Of a DNA stretch of 64,000 nt, positions 1 through 11,963 are shown piece by piece. Position numbers and translations under genes: made by a program. The DNA is from Lama glama. Taxonomy: Eukaryota. Below the pieces are notes generated by a model. It did not search any database, was not told the DNA's origin, and saw only the letters and a list, made by a program, of their open reading frames with translations. Each line of letters opens with the position of its first letter. Position 1 is the stretch's first letter. Where the stretch lies: assembly GCA_028534125.1 (NCBI GenBank), contig CM052817.1, forward strand, positions 42,782,001 to 42,846,000. Direction: 5' to 3'.

Positions 1-230
1 CTGAAGCTAAACTCTGAAATACTGCTCTAAGTATCATTATCAAAGCTGCTTCTTTGTGTTAGCATTATTTTAGCTTTTATCGTCAAAGATTATCCATTTC
101 AAACTGAACACTCCATAGTTACCAACCTCTCCTGAAAAGCCTGTAATCCTGAAACAAATCTTCTAAGCAGGATGGAGTTAAATAAAATACTCAGTTTCTA
201 GGACTTGGGACATTTGTCCTAATTTCTCAC

Positions 231-403
231 CTTATGCTGCAGCTCAGTTAATGCTCGAAAGGCAAGCATGCAGCCAGAAGGCAAGCTCTAAATTCACCTC
301 TTTTCTATCATTGCACCTTTTGAGCCACTTCAGCAGAAGATGCACTAGCATGCCTGTTTGCTTTACAGTCAAGCACTGTTTGGAGTAAGTCGAAATCAGA
401 GAT
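231..403 (-). other. Candidate spliced exon (non-coding/UTR-like)
   Basis: Minus strand: acceptor catctgtctccAG before 403 and donor AAG/gtgaga after 231. Non-repetitive sequence; no frame is open across the whole exon. Confidence 0.25.
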
Positions 404-517
404 CTGGAGACAGATGCTTGATTTACATTCAAACCCTGTTCAAACCTTGTCTACTATATTTTTATAAGCTCCTTTATTTGAAAAATAATCCTCAAAATAG
501 CTTCAGTGATGGAGAGT

Positions 518-700
518 AATTTATTCACACAGCAAGTATGTATTAAGTACCTGCTATAGGCATATCACTGAAATTGATATAGAATGGGGTGAGGGCAGAG
601 GGGAGAGAGGGTGAAGGATGGAGTTTTACAAAAATAGTCAATAGGAGGCTTTTTCTTTGAGGTGTTCAGAATCTAGTTGAAAACACAAACAAGAGTGCAC
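518..700 (-). mobile_element. L2 LINE 3' fragment
   Basis: ttattcacacagcaagtatgtattaagtacctgctatagg resembles the reverse complement of the L2 3' end (attcaacaaatatttattgagcacctactatgtg). Confidence 0.55.
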
Positions 701-1504
701 GAACTGTGTATACCTAAAAAACTATGAGCCACAATTTTTCATTTCACCTTCATTTTTATTTTCGAGATACACTGAAATGCTGATGTTTAAATTTAAAATC
801 CTCTTTTTATTGAAGAGAGAGAGAGCAATGTTTGATCTTTATAAGAAACTAGGTAAAAGGACCTTAGAGAGTGATTCAAATGAAGCCACCATACATAAAC
901 AAAAGAAAGGGATCTTTCCTAGTAAATATCAGAAATTGCAAAGATGAAAATGCAGTTCACTTTTTATAAAGAATGGTTACTTGCTGGTTTGCATTTAGAC
1001 ATGTTTGTCAACATTCCCTTTTTCTACTTGCCAAAATTCAATTTGGGTGTATACTGTCTCTACCCTTAGTTAGCAACGTATCTATAAACTTCAAACCTCC
1101 CCCAGTCCCCGATTTAGGAAAATTGGTATCTGCCCTCCACAAACATTGTGATTGTTTGAGTACACTTTTCACAACTAATTCTTCTTCACCTTATATTTCC
1201 GTTCCTCAAGTGTAGGGTGAGATCAAAGGGAAACTACATGGCAATGAGTCCAAAGAGCTGACGGGTCATGGGCTAAAACCTTAGCAACCTGGCACGTGAA
1301 CTGTGCTTAAAATCTAGGAATGTGGAACCCATATCTGGAATTTCTACATTAAAAAAGGGAATTTGTACAGGAGAGAAAAATGTACCAGCTGCTTATTCAA
1401 TTTCTCATTTGGTCTTTACTGTATTCTCATTTGATTGAGTTAAAATTGTTTTATATCATTTCTGGGTGAGCCAGAAACTAGGCGTATGACCATGTAACCA
1501 TAAT

Positions 1505-1745
1505 TAGTATAGAGTTTAAGAACATGGACTGGAGCCAGACTTCCCAGATTTGGACCATAGTTCTGCCTCTTATTGGTCATCTAAGCTTTAACAATTTTCT
1601 TCACCTCTCTGCATCTTAGTTTCCTTATCTATATAAAGGAAATAATGGTGTCAACCTCATAAGGCTGCCATGAGGGTTAACTGAATTGGTATATGCAAAA
1701 GAATTAGAACCCCGCCTGTCACATTCTAAGCATCTCTAAGATTTT
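1505..1745 (+). mobile_element. MIR SINE
   Basis: MIR core cacctctctgcatcttagtttccttatctatataaagg...acctcataaggctgccatgagggttaa. Confidence 0.85.
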
Positions 1746-1797
1746 GCTCTTTCTATACTGTTGTTCCTTAAAACAATATCTGGAACCCTACTGCATC

Positions 1798-1950
1798 TTC
1801 CTACTTTCCATAACCATCTTTGCACTTTTTATAATTTTAAAGTACCAAGGTTACCAATATTTTACATCAAATTTCCTACTTTCCATAACCATCTTTGCAC
1901 TTTTTATAATTTTAAAGTACCAAGGTTACCAATATTTTACATCAAATTTC
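1798..1950. repeat. Perfect 75-bp tandem duplication
   Basis: 1798-1872 is identical to 1873-1947, followed by TTC. Visible as repeated 25-aa peptides in ORFs 1744..1998 and 1761..1955. Confidence 0.97.
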
Positions 1951-2414
1951 TATGACCTAACAGTTGCCAGTATTCTTCTTTACTATGGCTCAAATTAGGT
2001 CTACTTCAGTAGTCTCAGCTTCGCAAGACGTCAACATAAGGACTATAAAACTCAATGCTAAGGAAACTTTCACTCTTATTTATGTTAACAGTTTACATTA
2101 AATATTCATATTTTAAATTCTTCATAAAACTATGCTTTTTTTTCTTTTTTCCATCAACACAGCTAACAAATATAATTTCTTTTGTCTATTACAACTAAGG
2201 GAATCAGTGAATAACTAGAGAAATTTAACATTCTTCCTCTAAAATCTAAACATAAAATCTTTTAAATCAAAACAACAGGTTAATCCTGGCTTTGGAATCA
2301 GAGAAATCATATTAAAATGCATACACTATGATTCATTCAAAACCTGAATATAGCAATATATAATCCTATAAAGCCACAGAGATTTTAGATCAAGGCAAAA
2401 AAGGTAAATCAAAC

Positions 2415-2570
2415 CTGAAATGAATGGATTAACAGAAACAGGAGCGTTACTGTAATATTCCTTTGTATTAAGTAATAGAGAAGCAGATTTTGTCAAATCT
2501 TGCTTTTTAATTCCCATCTGGAAAAGCTTTGCTCTAGAAATGAACAGGTTTGAAGGAATGCCTTTGATAT
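2415..2570 (-). other. Weak candidate 156-nt frame-preserving exon
   Basis: Acceptor ttttaactttacAG and weak donor CAG/gtttga; phase 1-1, open in the frame of ORF 2326..2643. Peptide not recognised. Confidence 0.15.
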
Positions 2571-3948
2571 CTGTAAAGTTAAAAGGCATCAATAATTGGA
2601 ATGGGCTTAATCCCTCATTCAACAGCAGGTACTTTATATACAATCATAAGAAGTGATGAAAGTCAAACACAGATGTATAAATTGTTAGATTTAATCAGAT
2701 TGGTTCTCTCCCCCTGGTTTACAATACCCTGTTATAGCTTCTACTAACTTGAGTTAATTAAAGTAGATGGTCAAATATGTATGGGATAAATCCAGGTCAA
2801 AAATCAGGCTTGAAGTGCCAAATGATAACCTATTTTAACAACCTATGAACCACCAAAGACAGAAAGTTTTCATAAATAGTTTTGTGTGTATCATTGTGTA
2901 TAATAGCCTATATTAAATTGAGTCTGTGAAATGGGCCTTATGTTTGCCCCACTGAGATTCTGAAATGACATGAAGAGACTGTGTGTCAAAGGACTGATGG
3001 CGGTGGAGAGGTCAAAATAAACAGAGGTAAAAAATAAATAAAAATAAATAAATAAATGAATAAACAGAGGTAGTAGACATGAGATTTAGTGGTTTAAAAC
3101 ACTGGATATTTATGATGCTTAAAATGGTCTTTGGAGCAGCATACACTTTCAGTTGCTCTAAAATCCATTCTGTGTTCACAGCTCCAGCTGTTAAGTGTTC
3201 ATTTCTTTTCCCACATGGTTGTATGAAGAGGGAGGAAGGAAGATGAAATTTATAATTATGTAATCAAATAGCAGTATCGGTTTCACTAGAAGTTGGTTAT
3301 AAACATTATGCATATCTAGAAACTTATCCCACGTATTTTGGGGGGTGTTTTTACTCCAGTTATTTACTGTTACTCTGTCCTATTAGAAGCCTAAAGAAAA
3401 ACTTGTAAAATATGCTGGAAAATGTCTCGTCAGTACCACTCAGCATATCATTACCTACTGCTAGAATCTTTATATAGTGCTTATGTGCTCTTGAAGGTAA
3501 ACCAAAGACTTGGATAACTTCTGTTAGAACTAATATTATGAGAAATGATACTATTTTCTTTTGTTTCTTCATTTATATACAGAATATTTTTTCAAACTGT
3601 CATGTGAGTGAAGGTGCTCCTAATCTCTAACCTACCATATATGCATGTTAGTTGTCAATAATGTTACCTTCCATGATGGTAGAAATATCTTAAAATTAAT
3701 TGGGTACCCCAATCAAATAAAGATCTCTATTCAGAGAAAGCAAACAAACAAAACTGTTGTTCAGTTTTGTCTCGTGGTCATGCAAATAAGATAATTTTTT
3801 TCTTCATCTCCCATCTTCATTAAATCTTAGTTTCAATATAAAAAAAAAATCTGCAAACTCCATATGCAGCAACCTCTTTCTCTCTCTCCTGACCTCAATC
3901 CCCACAGTCAGAAAACACATGAAACTTTAAAACTGAATTATTTCTTAC

Positions 3949-4100
3949 CATATGGGATCTGAGAATAAGATCAAACCCAACCTAGACAAATGCCGTGCAG
4001 CAAGTCGACAACTGTTCCTGGAGTCCTGGGCAATGCCTGGGAGAGTGCCTGCCAGGGCCGACTGTTTTCAAACGAGTTTCATTTCTCTAACAATTTAAAT
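3949..4100 (-). other. Candidate exon ending in ATG (5' UTR/first exon or lncRNA exon)
   Basis: Acceptor tctcggttttctcttggcAG and donor ATG/gtaaga. Stops in all three frames near its 5' end; lies in unique sequence that retains some CpGs. Confidence 0.35.
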
Positions 4101-4984
4101 CTGCCAAGAGAAAACCGAGACAATCAAGCTTCGTGCCAAAAAGCCCCAAGCTTAAGCTAGAGATGTATCCTCTCTTTAGCCTGCTGATGAGAGAGGGAGC
4201 AGAGGGAGAGGAAAGGATAAAGATTTGTAATGACGGGACAGAGGCTCAAGGACGCCTGTGGAATGCCACAGCAGGACAATTCCCGTCCCTAATTATGTGA
4301 CTTTGTGGAGCTCTACATCCAAAATAGAGAATCCTTTTGTATACATTCATCCACTCCCTTTACAAACACCCACAACATTTGGGGTTGGATGTTGTCTGGA
4401 ATATATCTTCTTCCCATCTCCCCATCTTAGCACTGCCAGGACTGTGTCACTAGAGAGACACCCTATCAGAGAGGCCGCTCCCCAGTAGTCCGATTTCAGA
4501 ACATATCTTGGTGCCAAAGAAAGTTTTGCAAGCAAGACTCAACATTGCCTCTGCTCTCAGTTTTCTGGCCTTTTCTTTCTTTATGTTGCCTTGAAATCAC
4601 CCACAAAAAGGAGGCTAACAAGGAAGTCAAACTGTCACATGGACTCTAGTTTATGAGTAGAGGAGAGAAAACGAGAGGGCTGGTGTAGTTTCCCACACCA
4701 GAAAGCCATGTGCACTGAGGAAGGGGGAGGACCTGCTTTGCCAACCTGGCACCAGCCTTCCTGGCACCTCATGGTTGAGAAATGAGACCCACTGTTTCCT
4801 ACCACAGGTCCAGGTGGTAAAAATCCACGGTTTATCCAAGCAGACCCCTTCCCTCCTAATCCGAAGATGACAATAAATTGAGATAAAAGGTTGTTGTTGT
4901 AAATATACAAATAAGCTATAATGTGTGCTGTTTTGAGGTAGAAAATTTTTAGAAACACAAGTTTAAGACCTTTCCTATTTTTCG

Positions 4985-5241
4985 TAGTAGCTGAAATATG
5001 ATCTTTTGATTCATACCATTCTGGATTCAAATCTCAGCTTCCCACCAACTAGCTCTGTGACTTTAGACAATTTATTTATAAATTGTCTGAGTTTTGATTC
5101 CATCATTTTAAAAAGGAACATGAAAAACTTATTTCACAGGGTAATTGTGAGGAAAAAATATGAGAAACTTGATTAAAGCACACAGAATTGTTGCAAAGTT
5201 ACTACTGATAGATAGTAAGCACTCAGTAAATGACAGCTATT
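4985..5241 (+). mobile_element. MIR SINE
   Basis: ctggattcaaatctcagcttcccaccaactagctctgtgacttt...gtaagcactcagtaaatgacagctatt. Confidence 0.85.
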
Positions 5242-5449
5242 GGCAGTTTTCAATTTGGGATAAAAATATGATATTAAATGACCTTGCTTATTTTGGTCTT
5301 AAAATAATCGCTGGAAATATTTTGCTTTTGAAATTCTTTCAAGAGATTTTCTCTCAATCATCTTCAATTAATCCTGGAAAATCCATTACTTACTATATGA
5401 CATCAGAGGAAAGAACAGCTTTAAAATCACAACTGAGAGAGAATTTGAA

Positions 5450-5960
5450 ACAGACGCTGTGCTGGGAGTAAACTAAGATGACCTTTCTGGAGGACAATTT
5501 GGCAATACCTGTGAAGCAATCAGAATTCCATTTCTAGAGCTGTGTCCAAAAGGCATGATCAAGATACAGCTCTAAGGATGTTCACTGCCATTTGCTAAAA
5601 ATTGGAAAGCATCTGTATGCCCATCCTCAGAAGATTGCGTGAATACATTATGATACATCCAGTGAAGCATTATGTAGCCATTAAAAATACTGCAGAAAAA
5701 AACTAAATGACCTAAAGGAATAATCACATAGTAAGTGAAAAGACACATTGAAAAACAACATTACAGTATCCCATTAAATATATATATATATATTTCCTAG
5801 CAAAAAAATATTGAAAGGATACACACCAGCAGATTAACATCTTTATAGCAGCACAGTAGGATTATGGTTGATTTGATTTGGGTGTTTTTGCTTTTCAGAG
5901 ATTTAAATTATTTTTTGCAAAACATGTATTGATTAGTAAGTTTAAAATAATATAAATGAA
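5450..5960 (+). mobile_element. Ancient L1 (L1ME-like) 3' fragment
   Basis: acctttctggaggacaatttggcaata...aggatgttcactgc...tatgtagccattaaaaat, typical of the old L1M ORF2 end and 3' UTR. Confidence 0.75.
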
Positions 5961-8900
5961 TTTTCTTGAGTTAAAAGTTGTCCTGTTTCATTAAAAATTT
6001 GGATGTGTAAATAATATATAAGTATAAGTCCACACACACTTACCCACACATATTTATTCACATTTTCCCCCAAATGCCAGTATATTGACATACATTATGC
6101 TGGTATACAGAGGCATACTTTCAGTGATAAATAAAAATGCCTGCTAATTTCTTACAGAAAAACTGCGTATTCTTCAAATATTCCTTTAAAATCCAATTTT
6201 AAACCCTATTTAAGAAATAGTTTCAGGGTATCTTTTAATGCCTCTTTCTTGTGAAGTCTTGAAATGCTGCTGACCTTGCATAATAATTTTTCCCTTACAA
6301 CATATTAATTATTGTTCTGGCACCTCTGGCCTACTCATGAAATCAATGAAGTGTGAAATGCCTCTGTGCAGAGTAATATTTCATATTTGGTACTTTCTGT
6401 ATTAATTACTTTTCTGTTTTTGCTAATCCAGTCAAAAAAAAAAACCCACTTCATTTTGTAAGAAATTGTCAATGAAGAAAACAGCAAACAAGTCCCATTT
6501 GCTAACTGACTAAAAGCTGCTAAGAGGAGAGATACTTCTAAACGTCTTTTATTGTCACGGCATCTTATGTAAGCCTGCTGCTTACTAAGGGAAGGTCCTT
6601 CTTATAGCAGTGACGGGCTTTCTTGTGCTGAAAATAACAGATGTGAAGTCTGAGAAACAAGTAATCTAAGTCATATCTCATTATTCTGAGCCTGAAATCC
6701 AAAGTAAAATCCAAAATCCAAAGTCCAATTCAATGTCATCATAAGAAGGCACATGCAGTGCAATTCAAAAATTTAGTAATTTGCCAAATGATAATCTGCA
6801 AAGAGAAAAAATAGGAAGATGCCACTATATCAAAATTCTATTTAGTTGCCATTTCAGCTGCTAAACAGTTAAAATATAAATCAGTTTGACAATCAAAGCA
6901 GCAGTTTTAATCCTGAATTCTAGGAGCCTATGTGCTCCTCTCTCTCTTCCCATCTCTCTCTTTCTCTTTAATGCCAGTCATCCAGCCTGAACAAAAAAAT
7001 TCAGGTGTGACATTTCTTGATTCAAGAGCTGTGTTAAGCAGTTATAAAGCTGCTGTAATTTACAGCAAAGAATAAAACTAACCTAAGAGACCTCAGCCCC
7101 AATTTGCTAAAACTTATTACACCTCATTGGCCACTGAATAGCCAAAAGAAGCAAAAAGAATAAAAAAAAACTTATCTGAATAAGAAACTTTACTAGCATT
7201 AGCCTAATGAGAAATGATTGGCTTAAAATTGCTCTGGCTACATCGATAGGTTCAGTTTAACACTATTTACGATGTTATGATTTCCTATTTCCTGAGTTAT
7301 ATAAAAGCCAAAGCAGTTACTGAAACAATACTAATGAGTCGATAGATGTTTTCAGATGTCTGTTTGACTCCTGAGTCTAGTTAAATATCTCACTAGGACG
7401 TATTTAGTTCTCTACTGAATATCCCAGCTGTTGAATTAATATGTTAAGAAAGTACATGTGCACAATTACCTTAAGCTCTACTGACTTTGAGACCATAGCT
7501 ACACCATTTGTGTTGATTTCATTCCCATATTATTTTATAAAGGGGTATGAACATGCTACACAAATGACCGAATGAGCATGCTCCCTTTATAACTAGCCTC
7601 TTGTGAATGACACACTACAGGTCAGTGAAGGAGGATGCATCACCTGGGTTTTGGACCACCCCGTCCCTCACTCCATGTTTTCAATGAGAATTTTCTGCTG
7701 CATTTTGTATTCCCTTTGCCAAAATGACTTCGGTAATGCTAAAGACACGGGATAAACTCACAGTCAAATGTTACATGTAAAAGAAAAGTAGCAAGCCACT
7801 TATATGAGCATTCTTGGTCCAAAATACTGCTAACATTCTCAGAAATTAATTCATATTTGATGAGGTGACTTAGTTCCCCACAATTTTCTAAAACTTCCAT
7901 TATGTATTAACAGGTCTGTAATACACAGTCTTTGTAGCACAAAACCCCCATAGACATTGATACTTAGACTAGAAAAGAAAGTTCTGAAGAGTGATTTGGG
8001 TGAGTCACACATTTTCACACATGTACCAATCAGTTGCAATATCACATGACTTTTGAGATTCTCAGATCTGATAACTTTCTAAAATACAGGTCATATACCA
8101 AAAATTCTATCTGGCAAAAGAGAAAGGAACCATTCAAAGGTATTAAATACAAACAAATCTAGCATATACTTCAGAATATCTATAAAAACTCCTTAGGAAA
8201 CACAAAATAAACAAAACAAACCCCTACTTCACCTTATCATCAACCCCACCCTCATTGCTCAAGAGGCTGGTGCATATTTGCCTTCTATTCAGGTTGTTTA
8301 CCTGTTTCACAGCTCCTATGTTGGCATAGCTAATTTCAATTGTGAAAAAAAATCATATATATATACATATATATATATGGAAGCATGATTTTTAAATAAG
8401 TATAAAAGCAAATCATTTCTTGCCTTTCGTAGTTTGTAGAGCAACATATGTTCTGCTTAAAACAGATAGTACAATTTCAAAGTAAAATCAGAAGACTATT
8501 GAATAGAAGGTGGCCAAGGGTTAATGTTGGGAAGCAGAAATCACTTCTCATAAATCATTGGCTTATAAAAATAAAAAGCTTACCCTCTTCTTTTGTTCTA
8601 GGTATAACTGTCCATCCCTACTACTACCCATGGCAGTTATGTAATACGCTGCTGGGACGAAAAAATGGAACATTTGAATGCCCAAGGATACCTGCAGTAT
8701 CATTCTATCAAAGCTTCCAACACTGAAGTGTTTGTATTATTAACACCCTCTGAAATTTACTGTAGTGACTAATTTGCTATAGTCACTGGACAGAAATCAT
8801 GTAGCATGATTTACACTACTACAAAATCTTTACTAACTTGGGCACCATAAATTTGATCATTTAATAATTTAGCGCTAAATCTCTTCTTTTAATGAAAGGA

Positions 8901-9480
8901 GAGTGATCATGATTATTATTAATGCTATTTTTAGTTAGTTTTAAATTATGCCATTATGATAAAACATTCTACTTAATTTAATATTTCAACTCAAAATTAA
9001 TTTCCAAAGTCTTTAATTCTAGTCAGTCTGCATAATTACAAGGTATTGTAATACTCCTGCAATTGAATCTCTAAAGCGCATTTAACAATAGAGAGAATGT
9101 TAAGTGGATATCTTATTTAGGTATTGCAGCTTAGAGTTGGTCGTGGTTCTTCAGAATTCCAACAAACAGCATTCTAAGAAATTAAAAATCTCTCTCATTC
9201 TTGAGAAAAAATAAACAATGGATAAAGCTCTTTATATCATATTCTGATAAAAACGTTGCATAACTTTAAAGTGCTGTGTTATGACTTTTCTGGTTTTTTA
9301 AAGAAAAGCATGTTTTTTGAAAAATAAACAGTTAACATATCATCCTGAAGTGCTCTCTTGTGTTGTTTTCTTCCAATTTACAGTATCTGATGAATGAAAA
9401 CTGAATCTTGGCATTTTGTGGAGAGCAGTAGTTATTTTGCATGCTGACAGGTGTTACTGTAATAGCAACTTGCAACTTAA

Positions 9481-9514
9481 GATCACCATCTACTGGCCCT
9501 GCCCAATGCTGCAA
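9481..9514 (-). promoter_or_regulatory. CTCF site with upstream (ZF9-11) motif
   Basis: Minus strand TTGCAGCATT-GGGCA-GGGCCAGTAGATGGTGATC; the core matches CCASYAGRKGGCR except T for C near its 3' end. Confidence 0.6.
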
Positions 9515-11319
9515 AAGCTATCAACATGATATGCAACTGATTCTAACTGTGCCCTACTAAAAAAATGTACACTCTTGCGGAGAATTTACTAAACTGGTCA
9601 CCTACCTCCTAATCAATACTTAAATATTCAATTTGCACATTCTTAAAGGAATTCACCATTCTTCAAAAAAATTAACTAGACTCTGTTGTTAGATGTTGTT
9701 ACCTATGGTGATTAACTACAGATATTTCTTCACATAATGAACCTGATACTTCTGACTCAGACTTGATTGATAGGGATATCAAAGTTAATGCCCTGCCACA
9801 GATGAAGACACTCTATGACAGTCAGGATTCTATTTAGAACTAAATAATAATAAGCCTTTGTTAATGAGGCCCCTTTATACTAGTTGAAACTGGTTTCCCT
9901 TACTCAAGAGCCATGTATTGACTTGGGTGGGATACTACCACCAGGTAAGGAACATGAAATTCTAACCTAAGGCTACAACTTTCTGTGGAATCTTTTAAAG
10001 TACTCTGATTGGTGATTTTCAGAGCAAGATGCAAATTGAGTTAAATTTCCTAAGAGCTTCTACCTTAGCTTTGTTCCCTTTCAATTCCTTTGATTTGGAG
10101 TTTAGGGACAAAACATTACATTTATGAAAGCTTTGTTTCTTTCAAACTATGCCACCTATCCTGGAGAAAGGTAATTCCTTGCTTTCCAAGTTCTTCAAAT
10201 CATATCATTCATTCATTTATTCAACAAATATTGGTTAAGAGCCGCAGCCTCTGTGGCAGTTAATGGGGATGCACTGGTAAGTAGAAGAACATAATTCAAA
10301 TGAACATAATTGAGGATTAAATATATATTTATATGCTCCCTGTTTCCACAAAGAAATGAAATATGGCACTATAACCAGTTATCTAGTCCTGATATTCAAA
10401 ATACCTTTTAGGATTTTGCAAAATTGCATATCCTCCTCCCCAACTTCCACCATTTGAAAGACATGCACAGCTGTGAGGCCACGTTTGATCACAGACAGAT
10501 GAAGGGACTATAAGGCTATTCTAAGCCCCCTGGTCCTCTCTCTATATCCTGTGAAGTCTGCATATACCCATGGTGGTTTTCTATTTTTTTTTGTGATTTG
10601 TTTCATCATTTTCCCAGGACCCAGACTTGAAATCTGATTAGAATAGAAGCAATGAAACAAATTCCTTTATCTCCGCAATGCTCAATCTACTGGTTTACCT
10701 GGACCTCTATCATTTTTGCCTTCCTGCCAGTTTCAAAGGAAGACAGGTCCGTCCTATCAAAAGTCAGGTCTCCACCACCACCCTTCCCACCTCCTTGGCC
10801 CTGGGGTCCTCAAACGATTTCCTCCTGCAATTAGGACTCTTTTTACACCGCATTATCAGTTTTCTCATCTCCACTGGATCATTCTCGTTAGCATACAAAG
10901 AACTTTTTGTTATTCAAAAAATCTTCTTAACATTCTGCTCTCTACTACCCACTTCAGAGCAAAATTTCTTTAAAATGTTGTCTATAGTCTCTGCCTTTAT
11001 TGCATCACTTCCTAATTCTTCCTCATCCTGTTCCAGCAGGCTTTCTGCCCCATCACCCACTGAGCTTGCACATTAAGACCACCAATGATTTACACATTTT
11101 CCCATCCAACAGTAACATTTCTCTTCTCATCTCTGTGGAGCTCTCAGCAGCATCAGACCATTCCGTCCTGGAAAGCTTCTCTGTTTTTGACTCTTAAGAT
11201 ACTTCTCTCAGCTCATGTTCCCTCTGTCCTTACTGACCATTCTTTTGCTGACTCCTTATTCTCAGATAGACCTAAATATCAGATAGCCTCAGATTTTGGA
11301 ACTCCTTTCTCTCTCTCTC

Positions 11320-11428
11320 TTTTTTTTTTTTTTTAGCAGTTTTTAATAATTTTATTGGACACTTGGTTTTTCCAATTCTGAATTGTCCATCATATTCATC
11401 ACCCAAAGTTCTACAACATTGAATTTCC
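11320..11428 (-). other. Putative L1 3'-transduced sequence with polyadenylation signal and poly(A)
   Basis: On the minus strand, 94 nt of non-L1 sequence follows the L1 A-tail; AATAAA at 11356-11351 lies 16 nt before A15 (T15 at 11320-11334). Confidence 0.7.
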
Positions 11429-11909
11429 TTTTTTTAAATTGAAATATTGTTGATTGATAATGTTGTGTTAGTTTCTGACATATAGCAGAGTAATTCAGTT
11501 ATACATGTATATATTCTTTTTCATATTCTTTTCATTATAGGTTATTACAAGATACTGAATATATTTCCCTATGCTATACAGTAGGACCTTGTTGTTTATC
11601 TACTCTGTATATAGTAATTTGTATCTGCTAATCCCAAACTCCCAATTTATCCCTTCTCCTTTCCCCCTTTGGTAACATAGGTTTGTTTTCTATGTCTGTG
11701 AGTTTGTTTATGTTTTGTAAATAAGTTCATTTGTGTCATTTTTTTTTAGATTCCACATATAAGTGATATCATATGATCTTTGTCTTTCTCTGACTTACTT
11801 CACTTAGTATGATAATTTCTAGGTCCACCCATGTTGCTGCAAATGGTATTATTTCATTTAGTAGTAGTATTACATCATATATATACATCACAACTTCTTC
11901 TTTATCTAC
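11429..11909 (-). mobile_element. 5'-truncated L1 3' UTR (cetartiodactyl-type)
   Basis: tttttttaaattgaaatattgttgattgataatgttgtgttagtttctg...ccctatgctatacagtaggaccttgttgtttatc...ttagattccacatataagtgatatc. Confidence 0.92.
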
Positions 11910-11913
11910 CAGG

Positions 11914-11963
11914 TGATTTCATCCAGTCCCATGGCTTTTGATTTCATCCAGTCCCATGGCTTT
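11914..11963. repeat. Perfect 25-bp tandem duplication inside L2
   Basis: tgatttcatccagtcccatggcttt at 11914-11938 and 11939-11963. Confidence 0.95.

Noticed and set aside
1744..1998. Repeat-containing hydrophobic peptide
   Set aside because: Produced entirely by the 75-bp DNA duplication; no splice or homology support.
3949..4100. Assignment to NFIA or PDE4 alternative first exons
   Set aside because: Considered because of the exon-terminal ATG, but the sequence does not encode the N-termini I know for those genes, so no gene symbol is given.
9384..9450. Plus-strand exon after a strong acceptor (ttttcttccaatttacAG)
   Set aside because: Stops in all three frames and only a weak donor (gtgtta).
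10652..11336. Cluster of overlapping plus-strand ORFs
   Set aside because: They lie in pyrimidine-rich decayed L2 sequence that is naturally poor in stop codons.
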